A DNA stretch of 62,589 nt from a virus (Duplodnaviria; Caudoviricetes), in IMG/VR virus record IMGVR_UViG_3300046167_000817, positions 1 through 62,589 of that record; one strand, 5' to 3'. A program made the position numbers and the translations under genes. The first letter of the stretch is position 1. Each line of letters starts with the position of its first letter. The notes under the pieces were generated by a model that worked only from the letters and a program-made list of their open reading frames with translations, was not told the origin of the DNA and did not search any database. Shown here one piece after another: positions 60,230 through 62,589 of the stretch.

Positions 60230-60590
60230 CTTTATTAAGGTTTAATTTACTTTTTATTATTGTTTCAATATCAACGCCATACAAAGCGCCCTCTAAAGCT
60301 AAGTAAGCTGCTTGGCTTACACTATTAGCTCTTTGCCCTGTCATGGGGTCATCAGCAAACACGTCATAACTTAACTCGTCTATAATTTTTTTACAGTCAG
60401 ATGTGTATATTACTTGTGTTTCACAATACTGATGTATGTACTCACTTATATAATGGTCTTCAAATTCGTAGTCATTACTCATTAACTCCCAATTTATATC
60501 AGTAACGATCGTATCAATACAATCTTCTTGGTAGTCTTTAGCGGCTTGTTCTGCTTCAGATAGCCACTCACTTATATTATTGCTTGTCAT
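60222..60590 (-). CDS. Highly acidic early protein (Ocr/DNA-mimic-like composition)
   Basis: 122 aa, D/E-rich; IHQYCE..VIYT...II...AAY.ALE recalls the Ocr-like helical pattern. Confidence 0.5.
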   Translation of the reverse strand: MTSNNISEWLSEAEQAAKDYQEDCIDTIVTDINWELMSNDYEFEDHYISEYIHQYCETQVIYTSDCKKIIDELSYDVFADDPMTGQRANSVSQAAYLALEGALYGVDIETIIKSKLNLNKDG

Positions 60591-60738
60591 ATTAATCTAA
60601 TTTTGTCCAGTATGTAAATTTATTCATTCTTTTAACTTCACTTTTGAGCTCTTGAATTATTTCAATTAATTCAGTTGAGTCAAGTATTTTTAATTGCTTT
60701 TTTAGTTGGATAATGTTTCATATTAATCATTTACTTTT

Positions 60739-60766
60739 ATATCAATACTCAATCGTGTCAGCTTCG
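60739..60766 (-). promoter_or_regulatory. Early promoter-like motif copy
   Basis: ATATCA-atactcaa-TCGTGT-cagct-TCG. Confidence 0.75.
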
Positions 60767-60888
60767 ATCTGCTCTTCACCGCATCTTGGGCATATATCAC
60801 CACATATATCATCACTTACAATTGATGTTAATATTGTGTGACCACAGTTATAACATTCGCCGTCTATTTTATTTTGATACCATTCCAT
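60742..60888 (-). CDS. 48-aa zinc-ribbon protein (CYNCG...CPRCG)
   Basis: Not in the ORF track; two CxxC pairs. Confidence 0.7.
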   Translation of the reverse strand: MEWYQNKIDGECYNCGHTILTSIVSDDICGDICPRCGEEQIEADTIEY

Positions 60889-61021
60889 CGTCTAAATATT
60901 TACTTATATAATGTTTTAATACTATTTCTTTTTCTTCATCTGTTAATGAATGAAATCCAAACTCTGCAAACATTTCGTCACTGAGTCTATTAAGTTCTGC
61001 TAAATTTCTATACTTGCTCAT
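60869..61021 (-). CDS. 50-aa hypothetical protein (..EMFAEFGFHSLTDEEK..)
   Basis: Not in the ORF track; fills the gap. Confidence 0.6.
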   Translation of the reverse strand: MSKYRNLAELNRLSDEMFAEFGFHSLTDEEKEIVLKHYISKYLDDGMVSK

Positions 61022-61110
61022 AATTTTCACTTTCTTGCCATTGGCCACAATCAGCGCAATAACTGTCCATTATTAATTGGTTATATGTTACTTCTTCACT
61101 ATTACAATAT

Positions 61111-61326
61111 TTACACTTGCTCATATTCTTTTATTACTTTTAAACCATACTCTCCTGCCACATAATTAATGTGTCTTTGCGTAGTCACTGACCACCACCC
61201 GTGTTGAAGTATGTGTCCATCTTCAAATTGAGTATCACGTACTATTGTTGCTACGTGTGTATCATAAGAGTAGATTTTACCGTCTACTTCTCTTAAATTC
61301 TTTTTATGTTTTTCAAATGTTTTCAT
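61111..61326 (-). CDS. Small early protein (YSYDTHVA...WWSVTTQRHINY)
   Basis: 71 aa, TAATG coupling. Confidence 0.8.
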   Translation of the reverse strand: MKTFEKHKKNLREVDGKIYSYDTHVATIVRDTQFEDGHILQHGWWSVTTQRHINYVAGEYGLKVIKEYEQV

Positions 61327-61511
61327 TACTCGTGAATTATTGGTATTTCGTCATGCACCATCCACTCACAGTTAGTTAAGTTATGACCCATTTTTGTTAT
61401 TGCGGCTTCAAGCTCCTCGCTATCCATATCCCACGTATTTATAGGGTAGGTTATTACGTCGCCGTCACCAAAGTCTAATACTGTTACGTATTTTTCAAAT
61501 TCGCTTTTCAT
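61326..61511 (-). CDS. Small acidic early protein
   Basis: 61 aa. Confidence 0.75.
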   Translation of the reverse strand: MKSEFEKYVTVLDFGDGDVITYPINTWDMDSEELEAAITKMGHNLTNCEWMVHDEIPIIHE

Positions 61512-61653
61512 ATATTTAATTTTTAGACTCTTCTTGTTTAGCTTTTAAGTAAGCGTTAGTCACCTTATCAATCCACCATTGAGGTCTTGGCTTGTAAGTA
61601 GCGTTATGTAATTCTTGCAATTCTTGTTTTGTCATTGTCTTTATTTTATATTT

Positions 61654-61681
61654 ATATCATTACTGTTTCGTATTAGGCTCG
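61654..61681 (-). promoter_or_regulatory. Early promoter-like motif copy
   Basis: ATATCA-ttactgtt-TCGTAT-taggc-TCG. Confidence 0.8.
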
Positions 61682-61791
61682 TTGTCTATTTTAACAAGTT
61701 TACCATTTACCTTTTTATATCCCATTCTTTTGTATGAACGGTCGAGTACTTCTCTGGTTACATCTTTACCATTTCTATATACTATCATAAT

Positions 61792-61974
61792 TTAATAATT
61801 TACATTTTCTAACTCTTCTAATCTATCACATAATGCATCTATATTTTCTTGCATTTCCTTTACTTGCTTTCTTAAAGTTATTACTTCTTCAATAGCGGAA
61901 GACGCTACGGATTGCATAGGGTTTTCTTTTTTATACTTTTCGTATAATTTTCCAAATTCAGTATAGTTTTTCAT
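61792..61974 (-). CDS. Small coiled-coil early protein
   Basis: 60 aa, ATGA coupling. Confidence 0.7.
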   Translation of the reverse strand: MKNYTEFGKLYEKYKKENPMQSVASSAIEEVITLRKQVKEMQENIDALCDRLEELENVNY

Positions 61975-62153
61975 AATTCTGTATATGTTTTAATTTCACC
62001 TTTGTCATCTGAGTCCATAAACTCATTACCAAACATAATCGTATTGATTAGTTCTTCTATTTGTATTTCTTCTCTTCCAGATTTTACTTTTTTTAACTGA
62101 TAAAGAAATTTTACTAGTGTACCTACCTGTGCTTGTCTAAATTCTATTTTCAT
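61971..62153 (-). CDS. Small early protein
   Basis: 60 aa with A-rich leader. Confidence 0.7.
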   Translation of the reverse strand: MKIEFRQAQVGTLVKFLYQLKKVKSGREEIQIEELINTIMFGNEFMDSDDKGEIKTYTEL

Positions 62154-62309
62154 ATTTTAATTATTTAATTCTTCACTTAATATTTGCTCTACTGCTTGAG
62201 TAAAGTCATCTTTGTCTATTATACCTTCCTTATACACATTAGCATGGAATAGTATTTCTTTACTTATGCTTTCAATTTTCATATTATTATTATTTTAAAT
62301 TCACTTATA

Positions 62310-62337
62310 ATATCATTGTAAACTCGTATTGGACTCG
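62310..62337 (-). promoter_or_regulatory. Early promoter-like motif copy
   Basis: ATATCA-ttgtaaac-TCGTAT-tggac-TCG, intergenic. Confidence 0.8.
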
Positions 62338-62426
62338 TAATAGTAAAGTAGTAGTTTTGTTTAAGTGTAGATTAGTAGTGTACAGGTATTAAGCTTCTTC
62401 TCTTACTGTGAGTAAAGAGGAAAAAG

Positions 62427-62471
62427 GTGACGTTAGGTAGTATAATATAAATAATAACACCCTACTGTCAC
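62427..62471. promoter_or_regulatory. 45-bp inverted-repeat site spanning the terminal-repeat boundary
   Basis: GTGACGTTAGGTAG...CACCCTACTGTCAC. Confidence 0.65.
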
Positions 62472-62589
62472 GCTTTTTTTTATTATATCAGTATAGAATC
62501 GTGCTCGGTCCGGGAAAGTAAGCGAGCGTAGCGAGCAGAACAGTGGCCACTTTACTCGTTTTTTGCTATACATGCTATACGCACCTGCC
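62439..62589 (+). repeat. Right terminal direct repeat (includes the motif copy at 62485-62512)
   Basis: Matches 1-152. Confidence 0.95.

Larger units (their letters stand above)
1..62589. mobile_element. Complete-looking tailed dsDNA phage genome, probable podovirus of Bacteroidota/Flavobacteriia
   Basis: Terminal direct repeat; terminase-portal-scaffold-capsid-tail-ejection gene order; no tape measure or sheath; two oppositely transcribed arms; A-rich non-Shine-Dalgarno leaders typical of Bacteroidota; no host housekeeping context. Confidence 0.92.

Noticed and set aside
52715-62512. Recurring ATATCA...TCGTGT motif as CRISPR repeats or integron attC-like sites
   Set aside because: Copies are dispersed, degenerate in the spacers, non-palindromic and strand-specific at gene starts; no cas or integrase gene seen.

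Overview
The window is most simply read as one complete, AT-rich dsDNA tailed-phage genome of about 62.4 kb, bounded by a ~150-bp imperfect direct repeat. It looks like a podovirus of marine Bacteroidota (Flavobacteriia) with a crAss-like/phi38:1-like head-tail gene set; this taxonomy is inference. The + strand arm (~0.9-49.1 kb) encodes GroEL-GroES, many tiny basic proteins, a holin, two parallel tail-fibre/chaperone/receptor-binding triplets, terminase, portal, scaffold, major capsid, tail proteins, three ejection proteins and an M15 endolysin. The - strand arm (~49.1-62.4 kb plus 1-0.7 kb) encodes early and replication functions: a sigma-70-like factor, an HTH protein, a Rad52-like recombinase, an exonuclease, SSB, a primase-helicase, ThyA, MazG-type enzymes, a nuclease, a DnaA-domain protein, an initiator tRNA and many small ORFs. 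No DNA polymerase, RNA polymerase or integrase is recognisable. The most striking signals are these. (1) Twelve copies of a phage-specific promoter-like motif (minus strand CGR-N5-AYACGA-N8-TGATAT) occur only on the early arm. (2) A sigma-70 region-2-like domain is embedded in the 2589-aa ejection protein next to a HEXXH peptidase and bracketed by repeated K-x-S-[ILV]-[KR] motifs, suggesting a virion-injected sigma factor followed by a second free sigma. (3) A 45-46 bp inverted-repeat site occurs three times, including across the terminal-repeat boundary. (4) Two long nested alternative-frame ORFs lie inside the terminase and sigma genes. (5) An ncRNA cassette holds tRNA-fMet, a D-arm-less tRNA-like element and a structured hairpin. 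Several genes are split by single-base indels that look like long-read errors. All functional calls come from motif recognition by eye, without database searches.
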